From Malacoraja senta (Eukaryota): a stretch of 64,000 bases of DNA. The translations under genes were made by a program, and so were the position numbers. Numbering within the stretch: position 1 is the stretch's first letter; every line of letters starts with the position of its first letter. The notes beneath the pieces were generated by a model. That model did not search any database and was not told the origin of the DNA. It saw only the letters and a list, made by a program, of their open reading frames with translations. The stretch covers positions 62,001-126,000 of the forward strand of contig JAXLNO010003683.1 in NCBI GenBank assembly GCA_038087875.1. Reading direction: 5' to 3'. Below, piece after piece: positions 23,310-36,070 of this stretch.

Positions 23310-24100
23310 TTGATGGAAATTAATACAGAGAAGCATGAGGTCTTGCATTTTGGGACATGTAACATAGGAAGGACCTACATAGTGAATGGGAAGGCGCTGC
23401 GGCGTGTTTTAGAGCAGAGGGATCGAGGAGTTCAGGTACACAGTTCCTTAGAATTGTCGTCATAAGTACATATGTTGGTCAAAACGGCTTTTGGTACATT
23501 GGCCTCCATCAGTCAGAATATCGAGTATAGAAGTTGGGAGGTCATGTTGCAGTTATATAAGACGTTGGTGAAGCCAGTTTTAGAGTACTGTTTTCAGATT
23601 TGGTCATCGTGTTATAGGAAAGATGTTGTCAAACTTCAAAGAATGCAGAGAAGATTTACAAAGTTGTTGCCAGGACGAAGCGCCTGAGCTATAGCTCAGG
23701 ACGAGCGCCTGAGCTATAGGGAGAGAATGAGCAGGTCAGGACTTTATTTTGTGGAGCGCACGAGGATGAGTGGCGCTTTTATAGGGATGTACACGATCGT
23801 GTGAGAGATAGTTCTGGTAAATGCACAGTCCTTTGTCCAGAAAAGGGGAATCAAGAACCAGAGAACAGGGATTTAAGTTGTGGGGGGAAAGGTTTAATAG
23901 GAAGCCGATGGCTGACTTTTTTTACACAAACGATTGTGGGTAACGTTTAAGAAAGATGTGGACAGGGAACATGGATCGGGCACGTTTAGAGGGGTATGGG
24001 CCAAACACATGTAGGTGCGACTCGTGTAGATGGGGCATGTTGGTCAGCATTGGTAGGTTGGGCCGAAGGGCCTGTTTCAACGCTGATTTACTCTATGACT
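23310..24100 (+). mobile_element. Degenerate CR1 LINE 3' fragment
   Basis: FGTLASISQNIEYRSWEVMLQLYKTLVKPVLEYCFQIWS; tail gggccgaagggcctgtt..ctctatgactct. Confidence 0.85.
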
Positions 24101-25744
24101 CTCTGACTCTGTGTCTGGGCATCTTGTAGCCGGAAGATTCAACACTGAATTCTCCAACTTCAAATAACTCGTTCTTTATTTCTGTCGGTATCAAAATTAA
24201 CCATTTCTGTTTCTCCTCAATTTGTCACATTGTTGCCATGTTTTATTCGTCTAGTCTTGCCTGCCCAGCACATCTCTCAGTTTAACTATCTGCAACACAT
24301 TGTACAGATAATGAAACAAATGTCTTTGTCCCTGCCCCTGCTAATCCATTTGGACTTGGCCTGTCGGAAATTAGTTCTGAAGAGCGGAAAGGGGAAAATA
24401 ACCACTTTCCCGTTAATGCGTTTCCATTTTGACTGTTACCTTCTTGTTATTGACCATTGATTTATTTGTTTTCGTGTCAATAAGTTGTAGCAGCTTTCCA
24501 ATTTTCTCAATTCCAAAATTCCCGATGTTCTCGTTTATCGAAACCAGGAATACCCATGTGCCAATCTAACAGCCTATTAAACGCCGCTTTCATATCTGCC
24601 TCGACCTCCACCCCTGGCAGCGCGGTCCAGGCACCCATCACCCTGTGTGTAAAGTAACTTTCTCCGCCCGTTTCCTTTAAACCTTCCTATGTCTCCTTCA
24701 CCAATGCCCTCTAATCTTGCACATTTCAAACCTAGAAATAGTTCTTGACTGATTATCTTATCTATGTTTGTCATCATTTTATAACCTTCTATCAGAAAAA
24801 AATGTGTCAGTAAGATCTTCATGTATCATCATTTTTTTTAGTTGGCATTCAATATAATGTTTAAATGTAAGTACTTTTAGATGTTATGTTTCATTTCCTA
24901 GTGTGAAAAAGACACCATTAAGTTTCATACAACACAGTTTTTTAAAGAATCTGCAAACGATCAGAAGTTCAAGTGGATACGTGAAAGTTTCAGATCGAAA
25001 CTATTTCAGTGGATCCTGTAAATGAATAATCAAACATATTTTCATAACGAGTGGATGGTGGGGGAAGGGGGAAGGGGGATGGGGCAGGAAAGAACGCTTA
25101 TAGGGACGAGGACATGAGAAGCTTTAACTTCAACTTGCAGGCTGAATGGGGGTTTACCACACAGCGATCAACTATTTTACTTCGGAGTCACGTGAGTGAC
25201 TACGTGAAGACCCCGCCAGCACGCATGCACGACATATTGTCTATCGCATTGCGCAAACGACAGGCTGCGGGGGAGCGCTGCTCCACCAGCGGACCAACCT
25301 GAAGGTAAGTTTTAAACTTTTCCAGGTTGTGTTTTGCAGGAATCTCTGTAGCCTTACAGAGGTCCTACTTTATTTCGGCAAAGTCGGCTGGGCCGCGGGA
25401 GACCTTATGGACCGCGAGGAACCCCAGTCGCTGACCACAGGGTCGGGGAAACCCAAGCACGTATCGCGGGGAACCCGCTACGGTTGAGTTCCCTTTTTCG
25501 AGTCGCTGGCGGTGGAGCCAGCGGCTTCAGACTGGTGGCAACCCACTGGAGGGTAAGCCAATATTTTTTCCAGGGACCGCAAAGGCAGCTGTGAGAACGC
25601 GGGGACATGGACCTCGCGGGGATTCCCTTCTACAATGACTGTAGAGGGAGACCCGGCTGCGAGAACCGCGGGGATACCAGGCTCTGTGGAAAAACCCGAC
25701 ATGGATCTCGCGCGGATCCCTTCTCCAAGGACTGTAGAGGGAGT

Positions 25745-27327
25745 GTTAAAGAAGGAACTGCAGATGCTGGAAAATCGAAAGTACACAAAAATGCTGGAGA
25801 AACTCAGCGGTTGCAGCAGCATCTATGGAGCGAAGGAAATAGGTAACGTTTCGGGCCGAAACCCTTCTTCAGACTGATAGGGGGTGCGGAGAAGAAAGGA
25901 AAAAAGGAAAAAGGCGGAGGAGGAGCCCGAGGGCTGGGGGAGGGGAGGAGACAACCAGATGGCTGATGAAGGGGAGTGGACAGCAAGGGCTAGCAGAATT
26001 GGGAGAATTCAATGTTCAAACCCCCAGGATGTAGACTGCCCAAGCGGAATATGAGGTGCATTTCCTCCAATTTACGGTGTTGCTCGCTGTGGCCATGGAG
26101 GAGACCCAGGACAGAGAGGTCAGATACGGAATGGGAGGGGGAGTTGAAGTGCTGAGCCACCGGGAGTTCAGGTTGGTTATTGTGGACCGACCGGAGGTGT
26201 TCGGCGAAACGATCGCCAAGCCTCCGCTTGGTCTCACCGATGTAGATCAGCTGGCATCTAGAGCAGCGAATGCAATAGATGAGGTTGGAGGAGATGCAGG
26301 TGAACCTCTGTCGCACCTGGAACGACTGCTTGGGTCCTTGAATGGAGTAGAGGGGGGAGGTGAATGGGACAAGTGTGGCATCTCTTGCGATTGCAAGGGA
26401 AAGTACCAGGGGAGGGGGTGGTATGGGAGGGAAGGGAAGAATTGACAAGGGAGTTAAGGAGGGTGCGGTCTTTGCGGAAGGCAGACATGGGGGGAGATGG
26501 GAAGATGTGGCGAGTGGTGGGGTCACGTTGGAGGTGGCGAAACTGACGGAGGATCACTTGTTGTATGTGACGGCTGGTGGGGTGATAAGTGAGGACTAGG
26601 GGTACTCTGCCCTTGTTGTGAGTGGGGCGATGGGGAGAGAGAGCAGTGTTGCGGGGTATGGCAGAGACCCTGGTGCGAGCCTCATCTATGGTGGAGGAGG
26701 GGAACCCCCGTTCCCTGAAGAATGAGGACATTTCAGATGCCCTGGTGTGGAACGCCTCATCCTGGGAGCAGATGCGGCGTAGATGGAGGAATTGGGAGTG
26801 GGGGTTGGAGTCCTTACAGGAAGCAGGGTGGGTAGAAGTGTAGTCCAGATAGCCATGGGAGTCGGTAGGTTTGTAGTGGATGTCGGTAAGGAGTCTATCA
26901 CCTGCGATGGAGATAGTGAGGTCAAGGAATGGTAGGGAAGTGTCGGAAATGGTCCAGGTGTATTTGAGTGCCGGATGGAAGTTGGTGGTGAAGCGGATGA
27001 CGTCAGTCAGTTGTGTGTGGGTGCAGGATGCAGCACCAAAACAAGCATCGATGTAGCGGAGGTAGAGGTCGGGGATGGGGCCCTGGTACGCATTGAACAA
27101 GGATTGTTCTACATACCCGACAAAGAGGCGGGCGTAGCTGGGGCCCATGCGTGTGCCCATAGCTACGCCTTGTATTTGGAGGAAATGGGAGGAGCCAAAT
27201 GAAAAGTTATTAAGTGTAAGGACCAGCTCCGCTAGGCGGAGGAGGGTGTCAGTCGCCGGGTATAGATTGCTTCTACGGTCGAGGAAAAAACGGAGGGCTT
27301 CGAGACCATCCTGGTGGGGGGTGGAGT
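25745..27327 (-). mobile_element. Penelope-like element (RT + GIY-YIG), 5'-truncated, probably Neptune group
   Basis: RT: NNFSFG..FLQIQGVAMGTRMGPSYA..YLRYIDA; Cys linker FPCNRKRCHTC; EN: IYCIRC..IYIGETKRRLGDRFAEH..VAQHF. Flanked by a 14-bp duplication actgtagagggagt (25731-25744, 27339-27352). Confidence 0.93.
25845..25872 (-). ncRNA. Hammerhead motif at the 3' end of the PLE
   Basis: CTGAAGA-A-GGGTTTCGGCCC-GAAA-CG-TT, same strand as and just downstream of the PLE ORF. Confidence 0.6.
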
Positions 27328-30039
27328 ACTGTAGAGGGACTGTAGAGGGAGTACCGGCTGCAAGAACCACGGGGATACCAGGCTCGGTGCAAAACCCGAC
27401 ATGGAATCACGGGAAACCCCTTCTACAAGGACTGCAGAGGGAATTCCGGCTGCGATAACTATGGGGGAAAACCCGATAGGGGCTTTGCGGGGAATCCCTT
27501 CTACAGGGGCCGCAGGGAACCGCTACGGAGACCGCAGACTGCGGGTAGCGGGCAGCGGTCGAATCCGCTTTTTCCAGATAACAAGACCTGCAGGTAAGTT
27601 CTTTACTCTGGGGTCGTATTTTGTTCCATTTCTGTGTTACAGGGAAGGAACTATGGACAAGTCAGTAACGAAGTCCAAACGGGCTGCATCCAGACTGGCT
27701 GGACCGCGGAAGTACGGGCAGTCAGCAGCGGCCGACTGCATCTGGATCGCAATCTATGCGGTCAGCAGTCTCCGTCCCGGCACCTGTACAGTCTGAATCA
27801 ACACTACAGACTGGCGGAAAGACCAAGCAGAGGACGGACAGGCCATAGACTCGGACGAGTCGGGCCGTGAAGAATCACCGCCGGCAGGCAGCGACCGAGA
27901 TCGCATATCCCGCATGGGCTGTTGATGGAGCAGATGCTCCAATGTAACGTGCTCCAGGATATGGGGCCTTGTCACCGTGGGCCTCCTAGGACGGCCATGG
28001 CAGCACCTCGTGAGGGCTGCATAATGCATCTCCCTCGCTGAAGATGCCACAAGTCTACTATGCACCCACCAGCAGACACCGAAGATGGTGAAAGCCGAAG
28101 GCCGTACGATCAGAACAGATGTCTTTTTTAGACCGCGGCCCAGAACGGCCTTCGTGGAAGATGTGCCAACCCCGCAATAGTGTGGAAGGCAAGTCAGGCA
28201 GCAGCTCCTGACTCAGGTTGCATAAGTCCTACCATTCGGATGTATGAAGGATGAAGCTGATTGAAGGATGAAGCTGGTTGAGGCAGCTCCTTGGCAGGTT
28301 GCATAAGTCCTCCCATTTGGAGAGTGAAGGAGAAGCTTCCGATTACGGATAGTAGTTGGTAATATTTACACTTGGGGTTTACAGATCAGATTAGTTTATA
28401 CTGCAACAGCATTCAAGCATCAGAGTTCTCGAAAACATGATTGGCGTTGCCTTTTTAGGCAGAATCGCAATTGGGGCAATAAGGTCTGTTCATTGTTAAC
28501 AGGTACAACTCGCTTGTGCAGTATAGACATTTCTGAATAGGGAACTTCGTGACTGTTAACTACCATGGATCAGTTTCCATTCACAAGGCACCAGAGGTAT
28601 TTCAAAATTTAGCTGGAATTGAGTTCTCATCCATCCAGTTAAATTTAAGTTAAATTTACGTTGATACCAACTGAAATTGTCTGGGACTCCGCCCTGAGGC
28701 AAGAGATTGGAATCAATTCTCAAGTACCATTGTTACCAGACCTTTCCTATTCCCGGCTGAAACTATCAAAGTCACCCTGATGGACGATTAGTATTCAGCA
28801 TTGCTCCATTAACTTTTCATCAATTATCTTCAGTTAATTACAAACGGATGCTATTGCTCAAAGATGGAAAATTACTAATATCAGCTCTAAATTAAGGAGA
28901 TGGATGGGATTTGCATGATTACCAAATGTTCAGTTATATGGTATCAACTACTTACAGACAACAGGTGCATTCTGTGGATTAAGGGGTGCATGCTTAAGTC
29001 CAAGTTGATTCACTTTGGTGGAGGTATATGTTGATCACATGGGTATAATCAGTCAAAGTATCCGGTGATAAATTACCTAACCTCATCTAGCACTGGTATA
29101 TCATCAATTGTCAATACGGAATTGATGTTGGATCGCTAAGTGTTTAATGACAATGTGGCTCGATGAAACGCTGAAGATCGAAATGTCTGCATCCAAGGCT
29201 CAATCACCAGTTGCAATATATGTGGCATATCAATGGCGATGGATGTATTCTCGCTACACTGGGGAGGAATGTCTTCCTCCATTTTGCCTCATCAGACGGG
29301 ACTTGCAAATTCAGCAAGCTCCCGCTTCAGGTATTTTCATAGTGCCTGCCTGGCTTCTACAGCCATGGTTCCCGCTGATGTGGGGAATGATGACAGAACC
29401 TTATATGGTTAATTCTGGACATAACATTTGCTGGTTTTACCGTGACTCGGGGAACCATCCTTTTGCAGGATATAACCTATGCTTTGATTACAGACTCTGC
29501 GAAGGCCATTCCTGCGGCTCAGGTTGTCAAACCATACCTTGGACGTGCTCACTGCAGATGCAGGGATAGCACCAAACAATAGTATCTCCTCATAAGGAGA
29601 TGGGAGGTATTTGTTTTATGTTATAATACATTCAGCTTGGCACGGATGACTGATGACTCACGTGACTCCGAAGTAAAATAGTAAGATTAAACAAGAACTT
29701 ACCAGTTTGAAGTTTGATCTTTATTTTATGAGGAGTTACGTCGAGGGATTACGTGCCCTCCACGCCCACCCTCTTGTAAAGGTCAACTGGTATCCTAGTT
29801 CTTCTTATCTTAGTATGTTTATTTCATTACTATTACTGTGATTCCACGCCGTTGCTTTGAAGAAAACGCGCATGCGTGCTGGCGGGGTCTTCACGTAATC
29901 CCTCGACGTAACTCCTCATAAAATAAAGATCAAACTTCAAACTGGTAAGTTCTCGTTTAATCTTACTATTATAGATTCCATCTCCCCAGTAGAGGGAGAT
30001 GGAGTTTTCAGCTGCTCGGATTTCTTGAATTGTTTATGA

Positions 30040-31920
30040 CATCGCAGCTTCAGAAAATAGGATGAACTGTTCAGTAAAGCATTCGACAAGGTTCCGCATG
30101 GTTGGCTGCTCTGGAATGCTAGATCGCATGGGATCCAAAGAGAGATACTGTAACTGAATGGATAGAAAATTGGCTTCAAGAGTCAAGAGTCAAGGGTGTT
30201 TTATTTTCATATGTCCCAGATAGAACGATGAATTCTTACTTGCTGCAGCACAACACAATATGTAAACATAGTACACTGTGAACAATATAATAAACGAGAG
30301 AGAAAAAAAAGTCCAGTGCGTATATTTATACATACACATATATATTCCCGATGGCAGGAGTGAAATGTGTGTGTAGCCAGGGTGGTGTGCGTCTCTGGTG
30401 ATGCTGGCTGACTTTTTGAGGCTGCGACCGGTAAATCCCTTCGATGGTGGGGAGGTCAGAGCCGGTGATGGACTGGGCAGTGTTCACAACTTTTTGCAGT
30501 CTTTTTCGCTCCTGAACGTTCAAGTTGCGGAACCGGGCCGTGATGCAACCTGTCAATATGCTCTCTACTGTATATCTGTAGAGGTTTAAGAGAAATCCTC
30601 TCTGACATACCAAATCTCCGTAATCTTCTCGGGAAGTAGAGGCGTCGGTGTGCTTACTTTATAATTGCATCAGTGTGCTGGGTCCAGGAAAGATCTTCGA
30701 AAATATGAACGCCCAGGAAGTTTTTGACTCTCTCCACCATCGTCTTGGTGATATAAACAGGATTGTGGGTCCTCAGCCTTCCTCTTCTAAAGTCCACAAC
30801 TAGTTCATTGGTTTTACTGATGTTGAGAGCCAGGTTACTGTGCTGGCACCATTTGGTCAATTGGTCGATCTCACTTCTATAGTCTGAGACATCACCATCT
30901 GTAATTCTTTCAACAACGGCGGTGTCGTCGGCAAACTTAAAGATGGAGTTTGCACTGTGTCCGGCTATACAGTCACGAGTATAGAGTGAGTAGAGGAAGG
31001 AAGCAGAGGGTGATGGTGGAAGGTTGGAAGGTTGCTTCTCGGACTGGAGGCCTGTGACTAGTGGTGTGCCTCTGGGTTCGGTTCTGGGCCCATTACTGTT
31101 TGTCATCTAATTCGATGATTTGGATGGGAACTTACATGGCAAGATTAGCAAGTTTGCTGATGATACAAAAATGCTGATGATTCAAATAGTTGTGAATAAT
31201 TGCAGCTGTATCTTGATCGATTGGCCAGGTGGGCTGAGGAATAGTTGATGGAATTTAATACAGATTAATGCGAGGTGTTGCATTTTGGAAAATCTAACTT
31301 GGGCAGGACCAACACAGTGACAGTAGGGCTCTGGGGGGTGTTGTCGAGCAGACAGATCTTACAGTGCAAGTGCATGTTTCCTTGAAGGAGTCGCAGGGCA
31401 ATAAAGCTTTTGGCACATTGGCCTTCATCAGTCAGAGTATTGACTTTAGACGTTTTGAGGTCATTTTGTAATTGTATCAGATGTTGGTGAGGCAGCATTT
31501 AGAGTGTTCGTTCAGTTCCGGGCACCATTTTACAGGAAATATGTTGTCAAGCTGGAAAGTGTACAGAGAACATTTATGACGATGTTGTCAGGACCAGAGG
31601 GTCTGAGCTACAGGGAGAGGTCGAGTTGGCTGGGAATTTATTTGTTGGAGCGCAGGACGATGAAGTGTATAACATCACGAGAGGAATAGATCGGGGAGAT
31701 GCACAGAGTCGCTTGGGTGGTGGGTGTATGGAACAAGCTGTCAGAGGAGGGAGTTGAGGCTGGACTGCCCCCAAAATGTAATAAACAGTTAGACAGTTAC
31801 ATGTATAGGACAGGTTTGGAGGAATATGGACCAAATGCGGCAGGTGGTGCTAGTGGAGCTGGGACATGTTGGCTGGTGTGGACAAGTTGGGCCGAAGGGC
31901 CTGTTTCCATGCTGTATCAA
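30040..31920 (+). mobile_element. Decayed CR1 RT fragment interrupted by a Rex insertion
   Basis: KAFDKVPHG..WIENWL (30075-30177) resumes as RKQRVMVEG..VTSGVPLGSVLGPLLF at ~30997. Confidence 0.8.
30178..30995 (-). mobile_element. Rex1/Babar LINE 3' fragment nested in CR1
   Basis: LYSLYTRDC..FKFADDTAVV..YTVESILTGC; tail caagagtcaagagtcaag. Confidence 0.85.
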
Positions 31921-31989
31921 ACTATGCCTATGACTCTACGATTCCGCTATTCTGCGAATGCAGATGTCCTTACCGAATATTCCGTTTAT

Positions 31990-32315
31990 CTGTTTACTTT
32001 TTAAAGACTGTAGAGAGGCCACAGTTTAAGAATAAGGGGTAAGCCATTTGGAACAGAGATGAGGAAAAACGTTCTCACACAGAGGGTTGTGAATCTGTGG
32101 AATTCTCTGCCTCAGAAGGCAGTGGAGGCCAATTCTCTGGATGCTTTCAAGAGAGAGTTGGATAGAGCTCTTAAAGATAGCGGAGTCAAAGGATATGTGG
32201 AAAAGGCAGGAACGGGGTACTGAGGGTGGATGATCAGCCATGATCACAGCGAATGGCGTTGCTGTCTCGAAGGGCCGAATGGCCTACTCGTACACATATT
32301 GTCTATTGTCTATTG
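31990..32315 (+). mobile_element. CR1 3' end
   Basis: aagaataaggggtaagccattt..gggccgaatggcctact..tattgtctattgtcta tail. Confidence 0.8.
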
Positions 32316-34599
32316 AGAGTCCCACAGAGGAAATGCCTTGAATGTTTAGATTAATTGAATAATACAGTATGGTTGAAAATCCCCTTTGACCCACCGAGTC
32401 CACCGCGACCATCGATCATTCATTCATAATAGCTCCATGTTATCGCACTTTCGCGGTCTCACCATGCGCACCAGGGGGAATTTATAGAACCCAATCAATC
32501 AACAAACCCGCGCTCTTAGGGAAATGCGAGGAGCCGAAGCTCCCGGAGGAAACCCACGCGGTCATAGGGACAAACCCCACAGACAGCACCCGAGATCAGA
32601 ATCGAACCCGGGTCTCTGACGCTGTGTGAGTCGTCTACCAGCCACGTCACAGTTTTATTTGTTAGAATTGACGAACAGAACTCTAACAGAAACACCAGCG
32701 CAATAATCAGGCGATGGGCAATGATGGTCCAGTTTTATACTGCCATCATAGAGTCTGTCCTCACCTTCTCCATCATGGTCTGGTCTGGCTCAGCCACCAA
32801 GCACGACATCCGGAGGCTGCAGCGTATCGTTCGATCAGAAGGTTGTTGGCTGCAACCACAGCCGCCACAGACATAAAAACAGCTTTATTTCCACGAGCAG
32901 CAGCTGTACTCAACAGCAAAATGTCTGTAGCCTCCTTTTGCTCTGGTATTTTATTTTATTCTTCCTTGAATGTATACATACTTGACTCATAAAATGTATT
33001 GCATACTATTCAATGTTGTGGCTTTCGGCTGCTCTAACATCAGTTCCAGCCCGCATTAGTTGGAGGTTGTCTTGCCGTGCAGCGCAGCAGGAGATAAAGA
33101 ACACCTTACTTGAAAATTGTTTGTAATATTATATGACGCGCATGTCGCATCCACGAATCACTCATTTCCCTATTACCCCCCCCCCCCCCACTTCTTTCCC
33201 GCTCACATTCCGCCTCTGCTCCTATCTCTAATCTGCCACCCTGGTCCATTTTTCACCTCTAGCCTTTGTCATTAACAGGCTCTATCTCGCCCCCACTTGC
33301 TCTCCAGCTTTCTTCAATCAATTTGAAGAAGGTAACCGACCCGAAACGCCGCCTGTCTATTCCCTTCACAGGCGCTGCCTGACCTGTTGTTTTCTTCACT
33401 GGGCACGGTGAGGGGGTTCCGCCTGCCTGAGTTGGGGGACAAGTGAGATTTTGCATCTTGCATGGTTGCTGCACCAGATGGAGGGCGTGTTTAAGATAAC
33501 CCCGGGTAGCTGCTCTGGATTAATGAGGTCAGCGCTTTAAAAAAAAAAAAAAATCTTGGTATTTATTTGTTAGCCGATTTAGAACAGTCAAAGATATTTT
33601 CATAATTTTTTTAGTGACGTCTTATTATGACAAACTTCATTTTTATATTTTCAACAATCAGAAGCATGTTGAATTGACTTTTCGCAACACCAGTCCCATA
33701 AGGTCGTCAGAATGGATCCACCATCCGCCCCCTTGGTCACCATCCGCTTTGATTTGTGGAATCTCATTTGCAAGGTGTTCAGTTTTCCTCCATGTGTTCC
33801 AACAGTTTGTAACACTGAAGTGCAGAGATCAAACACAATTCGGCCTCATTAGATTATTAATGTTCCTTAAAGTATTCTTTTTCAATTCTTGCTGTTCATT
33901 TCGGAAACATTCTCGAAGTTAAATGGGATGTCAGTTTGTGAAGTCATTTAATATGGTCGGCTACTTTCGCAACGAGAACCACAGGTAATTTGATTACATT
34001 TTTCAATTCTTCTCTGAATTTTCTCTGAGACACAACATAAATAAAGGTGTTCGTGCAAGACCTCAAAAACTTCAGCATATATAACCATATAACCATAACA
34101 GCACGGAAACAGACCATCTCGGCCCTTCAAGTCTGTGCCGAACATTTTTTTTAAATATATATATATTTTTTTTTAATTAAAAATAAATACTTCACCCTAG
34201 TCCCATCTACCTGCACTCAGACCATAACCCTCCATTCCTTTCCAATCTATTTTTAAAGGATAACTTATACCCCGAGGATCCATATACCCCGAGAGCTCCG
34301 CAATGGTGAAGGGCTCGTTGTAATTTGCTTCCAAAAATTGTGTCAGTGAATTGTACGCATATGAAATATATTAAATTAACATAGAAACATAGAAAATAGG
34401 TGCAGCAGGAGGCCATTCGGCCCTTTGAGCCAGCACCGCTATTCATTGTGATCATGGCTGATCGTCCCCAATCAATAATCCGTGCCTTCCTTCTCCCCAT
34501 ATCCCCTGGTTCCACCAGCCCCGAGAGCTCTATCTAACGCTTTCTTAAATCCATCCAGTGATATGGCCCCCACTGCCCTCTGTGACAGGACATTCTGTG

Positions 34600-35350
34600 G
34601 CAGTGGCTGGTGAGTTGTTCAGGTGTGGAGCTTACCTGTGTAAGAGGGACGGATGCACGTGAAATATGGGAGTCCATTGTCCCTGCAGTGAAGTTCGCTA
34701 AGACTATTCGGGAGGGTTAAAATAGAATGGCAGGTGAGTGGAACCAGAATAGAAAGTCAACAAATGGAAGAGCTGAAGTGAAGGTAGAGATTAGGACCAG
34801 TAAATCTCAAGGGAACGACAGGTAGAGAGAGGTTAATAAAAGTGGTGAAACTGGTTGCCTGAAGTGTGTTTACTTGAATACACGAAATATCATTGGTGAA
34901 GTGATTGAACTGAGAGCCTGGATCAGTGCTTGGAACTCTGATATTGTCCCGCTATGAACATTTAGTTGCGACAAGGGCAGCAGTGGCCGTTCAACGTGGC
35001 AGGGTTTCAATACTTCGCAGGTGATAGAGTTGCGATAAAAGAAGTGGTGGAGTTTCTTTACTAATCTGGGACAATAACACTGCATCACTGCGAGAGGACA
35101 TACTGGGGTGGGGGCTCGTCTCCTTAGGCGATATCAGTGGAATATAAAATGAAAACATGTGTAATGATTCTGATTGGATTTGAATTTAGCCCCCCAATAG
35201 GCAGTAGTAGACATGACGGAAAGATACAAAATCAACAGGGTTGTCATTGTGGGTGACGTTAACTTCCCGAATATTGACAGAGATTTACTGAGAGCTAAAG
35301 GCGTAGTTAGGACAGAAGTTGTTCGATGTATCCACGAGGACTTCTTAAAA
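34600..35350 (+). mobile_element. Decayed CR1 5'/endonuclease fragment
   Basis: RVVIVGDVNFPNID..FLKQHVDR (ORF 35213-35428). Confidence 0.7.
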
Positions 35351-35824
35351 CAGCATGTGGACAGGACTCTACTGTTATTGAGTAACGCAGCGGGCCGGGC
35401 ACAATCTCTGGAGAACATGGAAGGGTGACGTTTTGGGTCGGGACCTTTGTTAAGACCGATTGTGGAAGGGGAGAGATGCTGGAGGAGAGGAAGGAGTGGA
35501 TAAAACCTGGCAAGTGATAGGTGGATACATGTGACGGGTTGGTGGATAGACAGATGGTTGCACAAAAGGCCAGAAATGAAAAGATAAAAACTGTGAAATA
35601 TGGATAGAAGTTTCACGAACTGTGAAGACAGAATACGAAATGTTGATGGGGGCGGAGGGGGCGCGGGGCGGGGGGGGGGTGGTTGTTGTAATAAAGTGTC
35701 CGAGTCCAGGTGGCCACAGCGAAGAGAGGGACGGAAGGAGTGGAGGGGAATGGGGTGTTTAAGATAGTTAGCTAACATTGGAGATTGATGTGAACATTGA
35801 ATTCTCCAATGTTAACTAACCATC

Positions 35825-36070
35825 TTAAATTGATGGTGGAGTTGATGAAGTCCATGGGTTCTGCATGAGTGCAGGAGATAGCACCGATGCAGTCATCAAT
35901 GTAACAGAGATAGAGTTAGGGGATAAGGCCAGTGTACGCCTGGAACAGGGATTGTTCCCTACAAAGAGGCAGGCATAGCTGGAGCCCATGCGGGTGCCCA
36001 TAGCTACGCCTTGGACTTGGAGGAAGTGTGAGGAGTCAATGGATTTGTTGAGGGTGAGGACCAACACCAC
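35825..36070 (-). mobile_element. PLE RT fragment
   Basis: SHFLQVQGVAMGTRMGSSYACLFVG. Confidence 0.85.

Larger units (their letters stand above)
25171..29970 (+). mobile_element. DIRS1-like tyrosine-recombinase retrotransposon (decayed, interrupted by a PLE)
   Basis: ITRs 25201-25228 / 29870-29897 (28 bp perfect); ICR 29657-29755 complementary to both the 5' end (25171-25196) and the 3' end (29892-29970); methyltransferase-region remnant PPFCLI..GIFIVPAW..QPWFP in ORF 29147-29569. Confidence 0.85.
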
